Assembly (NCBI GenBank): GCA_964057225.1
Contig: OZ059895.1
Coordinates: forward strand, 18,724,001-18,788,000
Reading direction: 5' to 3'
Source: Auanema rhodensis
Lineage: Eukaryota > Animalia > Nematoda
DNA: 64,000 nucleotides
Part shown: positions 12,367 to 26,600 of the stretch, piece after piece
Layout of the letters: each line of letters starts with the position of its first letter
Numbering within the stretch: the first letter of the stretch is position 1
Notes under the pieces: model-generated
What the model was told of the DNA's origin: nothing
The model's input: the letters and a program-made list of their open reading frames with translations, nothing else
Database searches by the model: none
Translations under genes and position numbers: made by a program

Positions 12367-15300
12367 CTTATCAAATATATGCTTATGTATCTGAATATAA
12401 CCTAATTATAATGACAAATTGTTTCTAACACTGCTTAACTATGTGAATATAGTTTTGGGAACAGTATAACAGAATATAATATAAGAAAAGCCGGAAAACA
12501 TTGAATGACTTGAAACACGAACATGAACGGATATGCATTTGAAAGGGAGAAAAACAGCAAAAAGAGAGAGAGAGAGGGGAGAGAGAAGGGGATAAAAGGA
12601 GAGAGAGAGAGTTGTCAAACATTTCTTTTAACAGAAAAGTAAAAGAAAAGTTTGATTATTGACAATATAAGAAGTACACAAGTTTTCAACAATCAAGAAT
12701 GGATTACGGAAATTCCGCCAGTTTCAAATTATTGGGGCACAGTTTCTATGATTGCATCATAAATCAGATGAAAAAAAACAAAAAACAAAGATAAATTAAC
12801 TTTGCAACTTTCATGTTGCTCATCATTTTTGATAAATAGTTGAAGTAGTCAGAATTGAATTCTTTTGAATGAATGCTCTTCATAAGAAAAAGATATTAAG
12901 AAAGTTGACTGATCATAAGAATATTCTAGATAGGTTTCGTATAAAATAAACAGCATAGTTAGTTATTATATGATCTTGAAAAAACGAATAGAAAAAATGA
13001 TATAAACAAAGAAAAATGAAAAAACAAATGTCAACAAGTCATGATAAAGAAGAAAAAAATGAGAAAAAAGGATGAGTTGGAGATTTGAAGAAAGGCTGAA
13101 GAAATAAAAAAAGGAAGAAGTAGTAGATAAGAGAAGAAGATGAAGAACAGAGAGAAGAGAAAGAGAGAAAAGATCAGAGAAAGACATGTTAAGTAGATAA
13201 AGCCATAGGAAAGATTAGTGGATATATTGGAACAGATTTACATGAGAAGATTGAAAAAGAATCAAATGAGCCTGACTGATTATGAAAACTAATAAATCGC
13301 ATGATAATATAATAGAATATGATATTCATGAAAAGATATAATAAATCCTCTTCGACTTCTTCTTTCTTTTTTCTCTCTAGCTTTTTCTTTATCAAACAGC
13401 TTTCTTTTTACAAATTGTATATATATATATATAAAGATATATAAAGATATATATTCCATATATCTATATAGATTTATAAGAAGTTAATTATATCATATAG
13501 TATACATAACTATATATATATATATATACATATAGTTAAGATATTATACTATATATACTATGTGTAGTCAATTGTAAACGAATTTTGATATGAAAGCATA
13601 TGTATGTATGAATGTATGTATATGGTTTTTATAATTTATCCAGAAATGTATACACATATAACATGTATGAATATCAGAATTCTTAATATAAAATAAATAA
13701 ATATATAGATATACTAGATGTTATTTGATATAATTATAATCTTTATACAATATTATTTTATTTTTTATTAAAAATATTTTGAAATAAAAAATGAGACAAT
13801 GAGATATGAAAATAAATATTTTATATTTTATTTTATATTAAATTATTAAATAAATGAATTAAATATAAAGAAATAGTTTTTTTTAATTCAATGATAAGAT
13901 AGTTAGATAATATTGATATCTGGATTTTATAGTTTTAAGAGATTAAGCCAAAAGAATAATTCCATCATCAGCCATTGAGCTCATGAAACAAGACCATAGA
14001 TGAGAAGAATGAGAGAGAAAGAGAGACAGACAGAGAAAGAAAGAGAGAGAGAGAGTAAGAGAGAACGAGAGGAAAAGTTAAAAGAATATATGAGATTGGA
14101 TAGAAATAAGAAGAAAATTTTGGAAACTTGTGATTGATCATCATTCTAGCTTATCAAAATGTATATTAATATATGAAAATAGATAAAAAATAAAAGAAAC
14201 AAAGTAAAATATTTAATTATATGATATAACTTAATGAAAAAAACTTCCTTATTTCATTTTCTGATTAATAGTTTCTAAATATAAAATGAATATACAGCAC
14301 TGAATATGACACTTGATCTCATAAGCTTTTGCAAACGAATTGAAAAGCCATATGCAAGAATATTCTATCAAAGACTTAGAATATGAATAATTAAATTAAT
14401 TTGTTATTGATGATTCATCAACGTTATCATCTAAAAATCTTTTCTTGTTCAATGATATAACTCATGTTACAAGCATAGGTATATGATTTACCTTATACTT
14501 TGAACCCAGGGTAAGAGCAAAGAATTTGTTTCAACTTATGCTTGTCAAGTTTAAACTTCATCAAAACAACAATTTTAAGCAAAGAAATTAAATGAGAAGG
14601 AAAATCAGAAAAGCTACAACAATATGATATTGTTTGAGCCGATGTACTGATATCAAATCCATCTAAGGTGGATAATTGCACGACAACGGCTGTCAGCTTT
14701 TTCAGGGTTTCAAGATCTCTTAAGCCTAAAAGCTACATGTCTACATAAACTAATATAGCTATGTCAAGTATGCTTGTATCTTCTCCATCCATCTGATTTT
14801 CGTTGAAGAAAAAACGATTTGAACACTTAGAACAGACAGATATAAGTCGAACAAAGCATTATTCAAGCAGCATGAAAAGTTAAAAAGAAAGAATAATAAA
14901 ATGATTCTGATAGTTAAAAAATATAATTTTACTATATAAATAACGTGAAATATTATATATTTTTCGATATAATTAAGCTATTGAGATAACAAATTAAGTA
15001 AAAAGTTGTTAATAAGAAAAAATATATTAATATATTGTATCTATTTATATCAAATAAATTAGCATAAAGAGCATATGATCTATCATCAATACATCGTATA
15101 TCTAAACTTAGATTAATAGTTTTCTTGGTAAAAGAAGCAATACTAGAGAATGGATTAGAGAGAAAGAGAAATAGAGAGTGAGAGAGGGAGAGAGAGAGAA
15201 AGAGAGATAAAGAAAGAAGAAGGGACTGACTAGACGAGCCAACAGTTTCCATCTGATGACGACTGTTCAGCTTCATGAGAATCTGATTATCAAGTTGTTG

Positions 15301-15698
15301 AAGCAAAAAAGAAATTTTGAAGAATCACAGATATTTTGAGAATCATCTAGCAGAAGAATGAAAATATAATTAGGAATATAGTGAAAATAGTTAATTGATT
15401 ATTTGATTGTAAAAAATAAAATTTTGGAATAATAAAGCTTTTTTTCTAAAAAAAAATTGGAAGAGAAGAGATATCTCTGTATATACATGAATATTGAGAG
15501 AAAATGATCTATATAGAGAGGGATACAGAGAGAATTTGAAAATGATTCATGTTGTTTTGAGATGAGAAAAATAAAAATATATATATTATGTGGAATATAA
15601 ATGATTACAAATCTATGTCCATATATCCATGTAAGCATATCACATACCAAAGCTTTACAGCAATGTTAATGTTCAAATGTTAATAGAAAGAAAGAGAA

Positions 15699-15700
<2 letters not shown>

Positions 15701-15765
<65 letters not shown>
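15701..15765. repeat. (AG)n microsatellite, representative of many GA/TC tracts (e.g. ~6752, ~19826, ~20514, ~28750, ~30153, ~52015, ~53278, ~54245)
   Basis: Directly visible dinucleotide runs. They generate the SLSLSL and RERERE pseudo-ORFs in the ORF track. Confidence 0.97.
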
Positions 15766-15769
<4 letters not shown>

Positions 15770-15957
15770 AGGGTGTGGAGGCGAGTTGTGACGACGTCAG
15801 TAAGATGTCTGATACGTGTATTAAGATTCAATTAAAATTTATTTCATAACAACTCTGGAGCAAAAAAAAATAAAGTGGACGCATTTGAATCTAAAATTTG
15901 GTAAAAGTTGCTTTGAATTGAAATCTGTGACCAATATGATTGCCATTAGTTAAAATA

Positions 15958-15989
<32 letters not shown>

Positions 15990-17099
15990 ACGTATACTAA
16001 CTATAATTATATATATACGTGTGAAATGGTTGTGGGAATAAAGGTTCAGATGAGGAAGAGAGAGAGAGACAGAGAGACATAGAGAGAAAATGATTTCCCC
16101 AATGTAGTTAAATTGATTATTTTATAGTTTATTTCTGTTCTTGTATCTTAATATAGATAAACATAATCTCAGAATCTTTTTTTTTGTAGAAAAAAAAACG
16201 GAAATAAGAGAAATGTGTCAGATTGACCATGTGAGCTAGGAAAAGTGGTGAGCATTGAAGGGCGTGGGGAGGAGGGCAATAGAACCCGGACAACAGCAAG
16301 AACAGCGACTAAAGTAGGAGGGGCAGAAGAGATAAAAGCTTTTTGAAGATTATAGAGAACATGATTAATCTGATGCTGTTAAGATGTTCCTGCTACTAGT
16401 GTTACTGTGATTATGAGACTTTCGCTGCCAATAGTAGAGCATTGAACGCGGGGATTGAACTCTAAAGCTCGAACTTGGAGACAATCTTTTGACGTAAATT
16501 GTGTAATCTGAACATTCACGTTGACGTGATTGGCATCAAATTCGGCAAGAATGAACATCAAAAATTATTTTTTTTGTCGTGTAAGAGGGGGAAAAGATGC
16601 TTTTTTCACTAAAAATTATGAATAAGAGAGATGAGAGAGTTAAAGTTTGAAATCTGTATGTGGGAAAAAAAGAAGAGAAGAGAGAGAGAGAAAGAGAGAA
16701 AGAGAGGGAGAAAGAGACATGTAAAAAATCAAAAAATAATTTTCAAATATTCTTGATCAAATCTATCTATCCACATGAATCCATATAATTTTGTGTTTTT
16801 CTATACAATATGTAGAATATAAGCTATATATATATATATCTAAATGTATCTGTCTATCTATACGTATAGCTATATATTTAATTTAGATAGAAATATCCAT
16901 AAATAGAGATAACTAAGTGAAGTTTATAAAGAAGAGAATACAATTATGAAGAAGGACATGATCGTAATGATATGTGAGAGAGCGTCATCTGAGAATTCTC
17001 ATAAATCCATATGCTTCTTATATAAATTATGAAGATTCTAGAAACAAGGTATTTTAAATTTGAAAGGTTTATATAATCAAATACGAGAGAAGGAGAAAG

Positions 17100-17169
<70 letters not shown>

Positions 17170-17575
17170 TGAACAGATTCAACAATGAATGACATAGAGG
17201 ATTGACGTGAACTTATTCTGAGGAAAGATGTATAAAGAAAAAGATAAAAAGATTTCCAAATATTAATCAAAAAGAGAAAAAGAAATGAGGGAGGTTGGTC
17301 TAATAATTAAACCAAAACTCAACTTATCATTAAATATGTTTTTATTTCAATAATATTTAAGAAATGCTTACAGTATATAATGTACTTTGTCTGTTTTTTT
17401 AAACTTCAGCAAAGAATTTTTATTTAAATTAAAATATTTGAAAAAGAAAATATTATGAATTATAAGTATAAGACGTTGATATTGAATGTACAATAATTAA
17501 AATTACGATTTAAAAGATTTTATTTTTCAAAATTTCAAAAAAATTACCTAAAATAACAACAACAACAAAAGAAAA

Positions 17576-19820
17576 TTATTCCGTGTATTTTATATATTTT
17601 TTTAGCTCATTTAATGATTTTAATCGCCTATTTTCAACTGTGATAGCTACAGCTTGTAATATTCTTTCAACCTCCTGTGCTGGTACTAATAACCTTTCAT
17701 CGTAAATGTAAGAACAATCTGAAAATAATTTTATTTTCAAAAAAAACTATTTTTTCATCTAAAAATAGTCGGAAAAAATGAATAAACGCGGATATGATAT
17801 TACCATTTTGAGATATATCGTTGGTGAGAAATGGATACCACGTAAACTGCATCTCAAATAGTCGACTGAAATAGAAGTGAATGAGATGAGAACATGAATG
17901 GAATTGATGAACATGCTACTCAAAAAGGCTGAAAACGTATACAATTACCTTAGGCGGCCAAAGTATGAGCTTGGATAATCTCTTCGATCACGTGTTTTCG
18001 TGCCGTGTACCATGAAATCATGTTCTAATGAAATTTTTGAAGATGTCAGCCAGATGTCACGTACCCATCCTCGACCCTTCAAATGGAAAAATTTTGTTAT
18101 TTAAAGGTCGAAAAACGATGAAATTTGTATCTTAGGAATCGGAGATTAAACGAAATGAATACTATATGAAATAAAAGTATATTATATTTCAAAGAATAAG
18201 AGAAAAGTTTCAAAGTGCACAAGTTGCAAACCAACCTTGGGTACAATGCGTACATGTCCATCACATAGAAAGTGCGATGAGCTTGTAGATGATGCAATCA
18301 CGTTTCGAACACATAACTCAAACAGAAATAATGTATGATATCCATCAGAAGTATTGTATATCCGTGTACAAGGAATCAGATCTTTCTGTCTAGCTTCTGG
18401 CAAAGCCTTTTCAGCTAAAAACGCCTGTAAACCAGATGTGACTAATGAAGTTGTAACAGTTGCTTTTCGAGAAGAATCTAAGTGTTCAATGACTTACATG
18501 AATGGCACCGTTATCGGTTCCGTGAAAGCTGTTTGGCAGCATCTTTTCATAATCACTAAATTCGTGAAGAAAGTTCACAGCCCATAGAGTATTTTTGACC
18601 AAATATGATCCCATAGCAATTTCCCATGATGTGAAGCGATCATAAAAGGTTATATCATATTCTTCATCAATATATTCTTCAATTAATCTGAAAAAAATAA
18701 TATTGAATGTAACATATCATGAGTAATAGTAATAAGTACAAACTCTGTTCTTATGATCTCACGAGATCTGTGAAATGTAATCAAAGGAGATGTGAGTCTC
18801 CGTTTAGTTCGTTCGTCTTGCTCGTCACACTTTGTTTCTACTTCTCTTTCCTTTCTTGTTTTTGATTTGGTTTTTAATTATATTTGTCATTAACATAGAT
18901 TAGAACTATAGAGTCAATCTATATAAGAAACTCTTAAGTATGTAAAGGCTACTTGAATTCGATAACGTATGTCGTACAAGTACGACATAGGGGTTAAACC
19001 TAAGCTTGTAAGGTAAAAATGTGTTTGCTTATATCTGTATTTCATTATTGTATCAAGGGAGAGTTCCAGAGAGAGTAGGCCATGTTCAAGAGGTGGGATA
19101 TAAGACCATCAATCTCATCAAATGGAGCAGTGGCAGCAGAATTTGAAAAAACGACAACAAAACCAAATAGAAGAACATCAATTGAGTTTCTTCTTTTGCT
19201 TCTTTTTCATTTTTCTTTCAAAAGCAAAAGGTTAAAATAGAATAAAGTTTACCTTGTTGGATTGGCTATAGCTATATCTGCATCCAAAAATAGTAGCCAT
19301 TCAGTTGTTTTGAGAATTTCTGCTGAGATACAATGTCGTCGGAACATTGGCTTAAACGTCATTTATATTAAAAAGTTGTTTCTGTGCCTAGTTTTTCATA
19401 ATATAAGTCAATTTTCTTGGAAAAATCTATCCAGATTTTGGAAAAGAATATAGAAAATAGTTGAAAATGAACTTACATCCTGTTGTTTACAGCTATCAAA
19501 TTCATCATCTTTAACTATGCGTAAATCATAATTATGTGCTTCCGCATAACATTTAATAGTTTTTATTGGAAATCTGAAAAAATAATTTTTATTAAAAATA
19601 ATTAAAATGAAAAAAAAATTTACAAATATTCATTTGAATCAGTTAAATGATTCAATACAAGTAGAATTGTAATATTGAATATTCGACCACGATGTACACG
19701 TAATGGAGACAAATTGATTTCCTTAGTTAATTTCTAAGAAATTTTATTTATAATATTGAATTTACTTTAAATATTTTCTAAGTATTTCTAGTACTTTACT
19801 TACTATGAACTATAAAATAC

Positions 19821-19876
<56 letters not shown>

Positions 19877-20230
19877 AGGAGTGAATTGTACACATACTAT
19901 ACTATACTTCCTACTACTATTCAACAAAGATTTTCATTGAAATATAAAAGAAAAATCGAGAATCGAAAAATAAAATTTCTAAATACAATGAGGGATCTAC
20001 ACTTTGTTAATAAAAAAAATAAATTTTGATTGAAAGAAAAATTATTAAAATTGAAGAAATAAAAATAAAAAATTAACAAATATAGTAAACATACATAGAA
20101 AATTAAAAACAAAACTTACATAGTCTATAGTTATTTGTTTATAAACAAATATTATGAAGAGAAACATAAAAACAGTTAAAACTAGTATGGAACATTCTGA
20201 AGCTGATCGTATTGTACGAAATCGTAACAT
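17576..20230 (-). CDS. DUF273-family nucleotide-diphospho-sugar transferase-like type II membrane protein
   Basis: N-terminal TM exon (MLRFRTIRS...[16 protein letters not shown]), then [30 protein letters not shown] (DxD), [44 protein letters not shown]. Stop 17576-17578. Confidence 0.88.
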
Positions 20231-20511
20231 TTATTCTAATCATATAATAAATATAGATAATATAACTATATGTATAGATAAAATGAAAAGATTGATTTCG
20301 TTATTAAGAAAATCTAAAAAAAATAAAATAATTGATTGATTTTTAAAGATTAATAGTACATAAATGATAATAAATAGAAGTATAATAATTATTAGATATC
20401 AATACGAATATAACAGATTTTTTAATGAAATATTAGACAATGTGTTCATTTTAACAATTATTATAATTATTTTATATTTACATAGAGAGAGAGAGATAAA
20501 TAGAGAGAAAT

Positions 20512-20549
<38 letters not shown>

Positions 20550-20567
20550 AAAGGATTTTAATGTTTC

Positions 20568-20613
<46 letters not shown>

Positions 20614-23600
20614 ACATACATACATATATCTTTCAAACAATTAGACAGAAAATTGCTTTATCTATCTGGCTCATCAAAAACGTCAAAGTTCAGAACATCA
20701 CACTAATGGTAACATATTTAAGATATAAATCAATAATTATATAAAATATATATGAGAATTTTTAAAATTATTTTTGGTAAAACAAAAATATTGATGTCAT
20801 GTAGATAAATAATACTTGATTATATCCAAAAATAGACAAAACAAGTAAATCTTTGATATAAAATATGAAAAAGAATAAAATAGAAATAAGAATAATATAG
20901 AATTATAATAGTTCAATCTATTATTTGTTTCTGTTTTGTTTATTCGTTTTTGTGTTTTAATGGAAATAAACAATTTTGAATTTTTTGCAAAACTACAGGT
21001 AGGATTGGGAGACATTGAAATTGGTGAGAGAAAATGGATATTTCTATATGAAAAAATGAAAAAATGATATGAAACTGTTATTTTCTTGAAGTAATAGTTG
21101 AAATGAGAATGTAAAGGAAGTTCAGAAAATGCGAGAGAAAGTGAAAGATCGTTTCTGAGATTGCAATTGAAAAATCTCCACGTATTAAGAACATGTCTCT
21201 GAACTCCTACACAAATTGCCAAGTAAATGAGTCTTAAAAGAGTTGTATTATAGAGATTCAAAGATTATTTGTGATAAAATATCAAATATTATATTAACTA
21301 TGTCTATATAGTTATAGAAAAAAAGAAAAATGAGGGGAGAGAGAGAGAGCGGGATTGGCCATGATTAGAACAACAATATGTAACTTTACTCTTTTAACAA
21401 TGATATTGATTATAAAATAAAAATATTTTATATTTTGGAAGAAAAAGTTAAACGGATTTCTGTGATTACTTCATCATTTAGAAGAGAGGGAGAGAAAGAA
21501 GGAGAAAGAGGGAGGAAGATAGAGAGAGAGGGAGTTGTTCAAAGGGACATGTAAGTATATCTGATATAGAAAAAATTCTTTTTTAATTAATTTATTAATA
21601 AAGTATATTGTATAATATTAAAAAATCGAAATAATTAACTATATTGAATATAAAATTTTAAAAATGTACCGGTTTGAATGAGACTTATTCTGATTACAAA
21701 TAGACAATTGAAAGAAATATGCCTGGAATGGAGAGTCAAAAATAGAAAATTAGAAAAATTTTCTTTGGAAGTTGGAATCCAATAGCAACCAGATATTGTT
21801 AGAGTAAAACAAAACGACATAGAACAATGAGAGAGAGAGAAAGAGAGAGGTAGAGGTAGAGGAGTATATGACGATGAGAACAACGACGACGGAGATGAGC
21901 ACCATGAAGTAAAATTATTGTTATATGAAAGTCTTCTTCAGTAATATTCAATGATATTCAAATGATAAATAATCAGAAGATTCAGAAATCATAGATGAGA
22001 ATATGAATTCTGATAGGTTTCTATATACTATTAGATGCATGAATATGACACGATGTTAACGACAATAAATGAATTTTCGTCTTTGTCATTGAAATTCTGA
22101 TCAATTATAACGAAAATCAGAAAAAGTGTTAGTAGTCTTGATGAGAAAAAGTTTTTGTTTGAAGAAATGAAAATAGTAGAAAATCTATTTGATCATATAA
22201 TTAACAGAATATGTTTATACTGTAGATGATAGAATATTTAGCTTGTCTCATATAATCGTTTCTCTACAAGCTTAAGCATATAGCTCTATCATCTCTTTCA
22301 TCTCATATCATCTCACTTCATATCCAATCATATGCTTAACATTTATTATTAAAATATATCAGAATAAACTTCAGAGTAAAGACAAATATCCAATAATTTT
22401 GTTTCTTTTCTTCTCTCTACCAATCTCTTCATATGATGTTTCTTTATAATTTTTTTTGAAAATCAATGCTTTTCCCCTTTTTTTTGATTAACAGTTTATG
22501 TTATTCCAATATCTACGTATATGATTTTATCTTTATAAGATTATTTTCATTTTTTACAATCATCACTATTTCAATTTTTGTTTTTTACTTGGAATTCCAT
22601 GAATCTATTTAACTTTTTGGAAAGAAACATTCCTTTTATTGTAATCATTATACTTTTGAATGCTTCTGATGTTGCTGCTGTCTCTGATAATAACAATGAA
22701 AATTCCATTTATTTCTATTTGTATTATATAATAATGTATATATCTATATATACATATGTATATCGTTAATCGTTTAAATATTTTTCAAATCATCATCAGT
22801 TATGATATGCTTCATTCAAATTGCTCATTCAACTGTTATCATCTCTATTCAATTTATTTTTTGATTTTTTTAAATATTTTATAAACAAAATATACAATAT
22901 ATTCTTAATTATGTTAACTGTAAAAAAATTATTTCTATTAAATTTTATATTTTATGAAAATAAATATTTCAAAATAAAAAAAAATTTTTTTTTCATTGAT
23001 AATCAATATTGATTATATAATTTATTATTTATACATTGATCTGTTTGATTCATTTATGAATTGAAAGTAGTGATGATAAGAAATTCAATACAAATAACAG
23101 AAAGTTATAATATGAAGAAGATTGCTTTATAAACAGAAAATCATCACATTACAAGCATTATGACGTAATTTCTTATTCAATATTTGAGCTTTTCCAGTTC
23201 CTTTTTTGAAATTATATTTCTCGTATATTGTTCCTCTCTCTATATTTCACTCTCCCTTCCAATCTCTCTCTCTCTTTCTTCTTTTTCTTATCTCTCGCTA
23301 TTTTAACCATTTTCTCTCTTTTTCTTGGAACCGTTTAGTCTGCTCATATCTAAATACATGTGTATGTTCATTTTTCTTTTTCATTTCGCCTCTCTTTTTA
23401 TCGTTTCTCTTTTCTATTTTTTCTATCTTTTTCTCTCTATCTCTGTCTCTCTTTCTCTCTTTTTTTCTTTTTAGCTTTTTTTTGCAATCTTTGCTTACTT
23501 CTTTCAATCTTTCTTCCATTTTTAGTGAAAGAAATATTTTTCTGTTATATTCCTAAGTTTAATATACAGTTTAGATTACATATAAATTCTTTTTTCTCAT

Positions 23601-26600
23601 TTCCTACTTAAGCTTTTCCTTCTAATTGCTTAACCTTCTATTATCAAATTTTGATTTGAACACACAGATTCATTTTTCATACATTCATGTGCCTATGTTT
23701 GAATATGATGCAATGATTGAATTGAATTTACTAGTAAGATGTGAAGACATCTAACTGATCTCAATGCTCTTCTTTCATTTCCACTTACTAATAGCTTATA
23801 GTTTCTTTCTTATTATATTTAATTTTTTTAATTTTTTAATTTAATTTTAAGTTGAAATGAAGCATTTTTCTCATTTTCAATACAGGTTCATCATTATTTT
23901 AGAAAAATTCTCTCAAAAAAAAATAGTTTAAATCGTCATGTTTGTTATGATAAATAATAAATAAATATATAAAATATAAGAAATTATTATAATATAACTT
24001 CATTTATATGCAAATATGTTTGAAATTATTATTTATTTATACAGGTTTTAAGAAAATTATAATATGTTTTATGTAAAAAAAGTTTGTTTTTCTAACTATA
24101 TGCATATGGTTAGAATAATTTTGTTTCATATCAGATGATAGCTTTTCAATTTTTTATTTTTACTTAATTCAAAACTTATTATAATTCTAAACATTCTAAT
24201 ATCTCAGTAATTTCTTATTTCAATTTTGGTGTATGCAATTTATTTTTCAAATTCCCTCTTTCTGCCTTGAATTTACCTCTAAACCATCTGTTCTCTTCCC
24301 TCTTAAGCATTTCCTCTTATCACCTGCATTGCTCTTCAATTTCTCTCTCTCTCTCTCCCTCTCTCTCTCCCTCTCTCTCTCTCTCCCTCTCTCTCTCCCT
24401 CTCTTTCTCTCTTTTTCTCTCGTTCTCACTCCGTTACTCCGCCTCTCTTTCTTTCTCATATCTCCTCTCTTTGCATCTTCTATTATTTCTCTTATATTCT
24501 CATTTTTCGTTTTCTCACTTGATCTTTTCATTCTTCTATATATTATCTGGTTAACTATTTGTTTTCTACTATTCTCACCTGTTTCTCATCGATTTCAGCA
24601 TTTTTTATTATATTTAAATGACCTGAAATGCTTTATGTAACACATACAAAGCATGAAAGAAACTTGAAATTTAAACTTTAAAAAACAAAAAAAACTTTAT
24701 TATCGGCTTCATAGTTTATCCACCTCACATAGCATTACCAGCATTCATCACTTCATGCACATCACACACACACACTCACATGTTTCCAACAGAGCTCTAT
24801 ATGGAAAACCAGACACACGACACATACACATGTGTGTATGTACATCTGAAATCATATATGAAAATGTATTTTTATTTATAAAATATATTAACTATATGTA
24901 TATATTTAATCTTTTAATTTTTTTTTATTATAAAAATTCTTATTTCTAATCTTTTAAACTTTATTATCAATTTTCAATATTAGGGATTGAACTATTCAAT
25001 TTCATTTCTCACACACTTCATCACATCTTGTTCAATTTTAATTTCTTATCTATTATTTTCATTAATTATTCTATAACGTAGTACTATTCATATTCCGCTT
25101 CATCAATTTATTTTTATTTTTTCCTCTTTTTGCACTAATGTTCTTCATTCTTCTTAGTTGCCGTCTCTGACATCGTCGTCGTCGTTGTGCTCGCCGTCGT
25201 TTGTGTTGTCCTCTTCTTCTTCCTTAAAAGGCATTTTCTCTATTTTCTCTTCAACTATTCTGGTTAGTAACACATCTCTCTGTCATATTGATTTTCTCTT
25301 CTTCAACAAACTTCACTTATGTATGTTCTCTCTCTCTCTTTTTGTCGTTTTCTCTCTCTCTCTCTCTACATCTCTCTCTTTCAACATTTATTCACAAAAA
25401 TTATATTTTAGTTTTAAAAATAATTCTCAAGTTCACTTTTTATTTTTATTTTTTGTAAAAAACTTCTGTTTTTCTCTTCTGGTCATCATCATGCCAGCTA
25501 ATTTTCATAAAGAAACAGCCATTCGGTTTTCTCAGATTTCTGTTTTTCACGTACAGCCTCTCCTCTTTTAAATTTCAAATATCTTTCATGTCCACTATTT
25601 CTATGTTATTCATAGTAAGTAATGTATAAGCTAATATAAGATATTCAGTTCCTGCTTTTCGAAAAAAAAGAAAAAGGAAACGTTTGTCATTGAATATTAT
25701 TTCTAAATCTGCTATCTATATAGTCATCACACATAATTAACTGAAAAACTGATAAACTTTTTCATTTTATGTCTGTGTCTATGTATATTTCAATGTTATT
25801 TCAACATCTTTTCTTTCTTTGTTTTAAAATGAATTTGTCATTTCCTACTGAATAGTAGCCATAATATAGTAGATCATTATGATAATATTGTCAAATTATC
25901 ATATTTTCATTTATTTTTTTTAAAAAATGAAAAAAAAAGTTAAAAGAGGCAATTGAATTGAAATTAATCATATAATATATATGCAAATATATAAAAAGAA
26001 ATATTTTTTATTGCTAACCAACATATTTTAAAATTCCTTTGTGGTTATTAACAAAGAATTACTTAATTTTTTTGTTTTTGTCATCCAAATTAATCTGAAA
26101 ATAAACGAAAATCAACAAGCTTCATCCGATACCGATTTCGATTATGTGCTTGCTTCTGTTTTTCGTCGATATTCCCACTTTATATTGTTGCATTTTGAGG
26201 GAAAGAGATGAAAATTTCACAAAAATTTTCAACAAAAAAAAGTTGGAAGAAAGAGGAAAAGAAGAGAAAAAAGAAAAGATTGTACTATTCAAAGATAAAA
26301 TATTTTTACTAATCGTTTGAATAAAATAGATAACAGAGTAAGAACATGATTACATCAACTAAGATTAGGTGTTTAACAGAGACCGAAGAGAAGGCGATTG
26401 AAATGACCATCATGTTAAGTTAAGCTTCCTTTACATTATCATATTATTTGAAAATGAGCAAACAAGAAGCCCAACGTTAACATAGTCGTCACCATGTGTC
26501 TGAAAAGTAAATAGAAAAGCTTTTGAACTATAGTCTTAAAATTTAAAAAATTGATTTATATATATATATATATATTATATTATTATTATATTTATAATAT

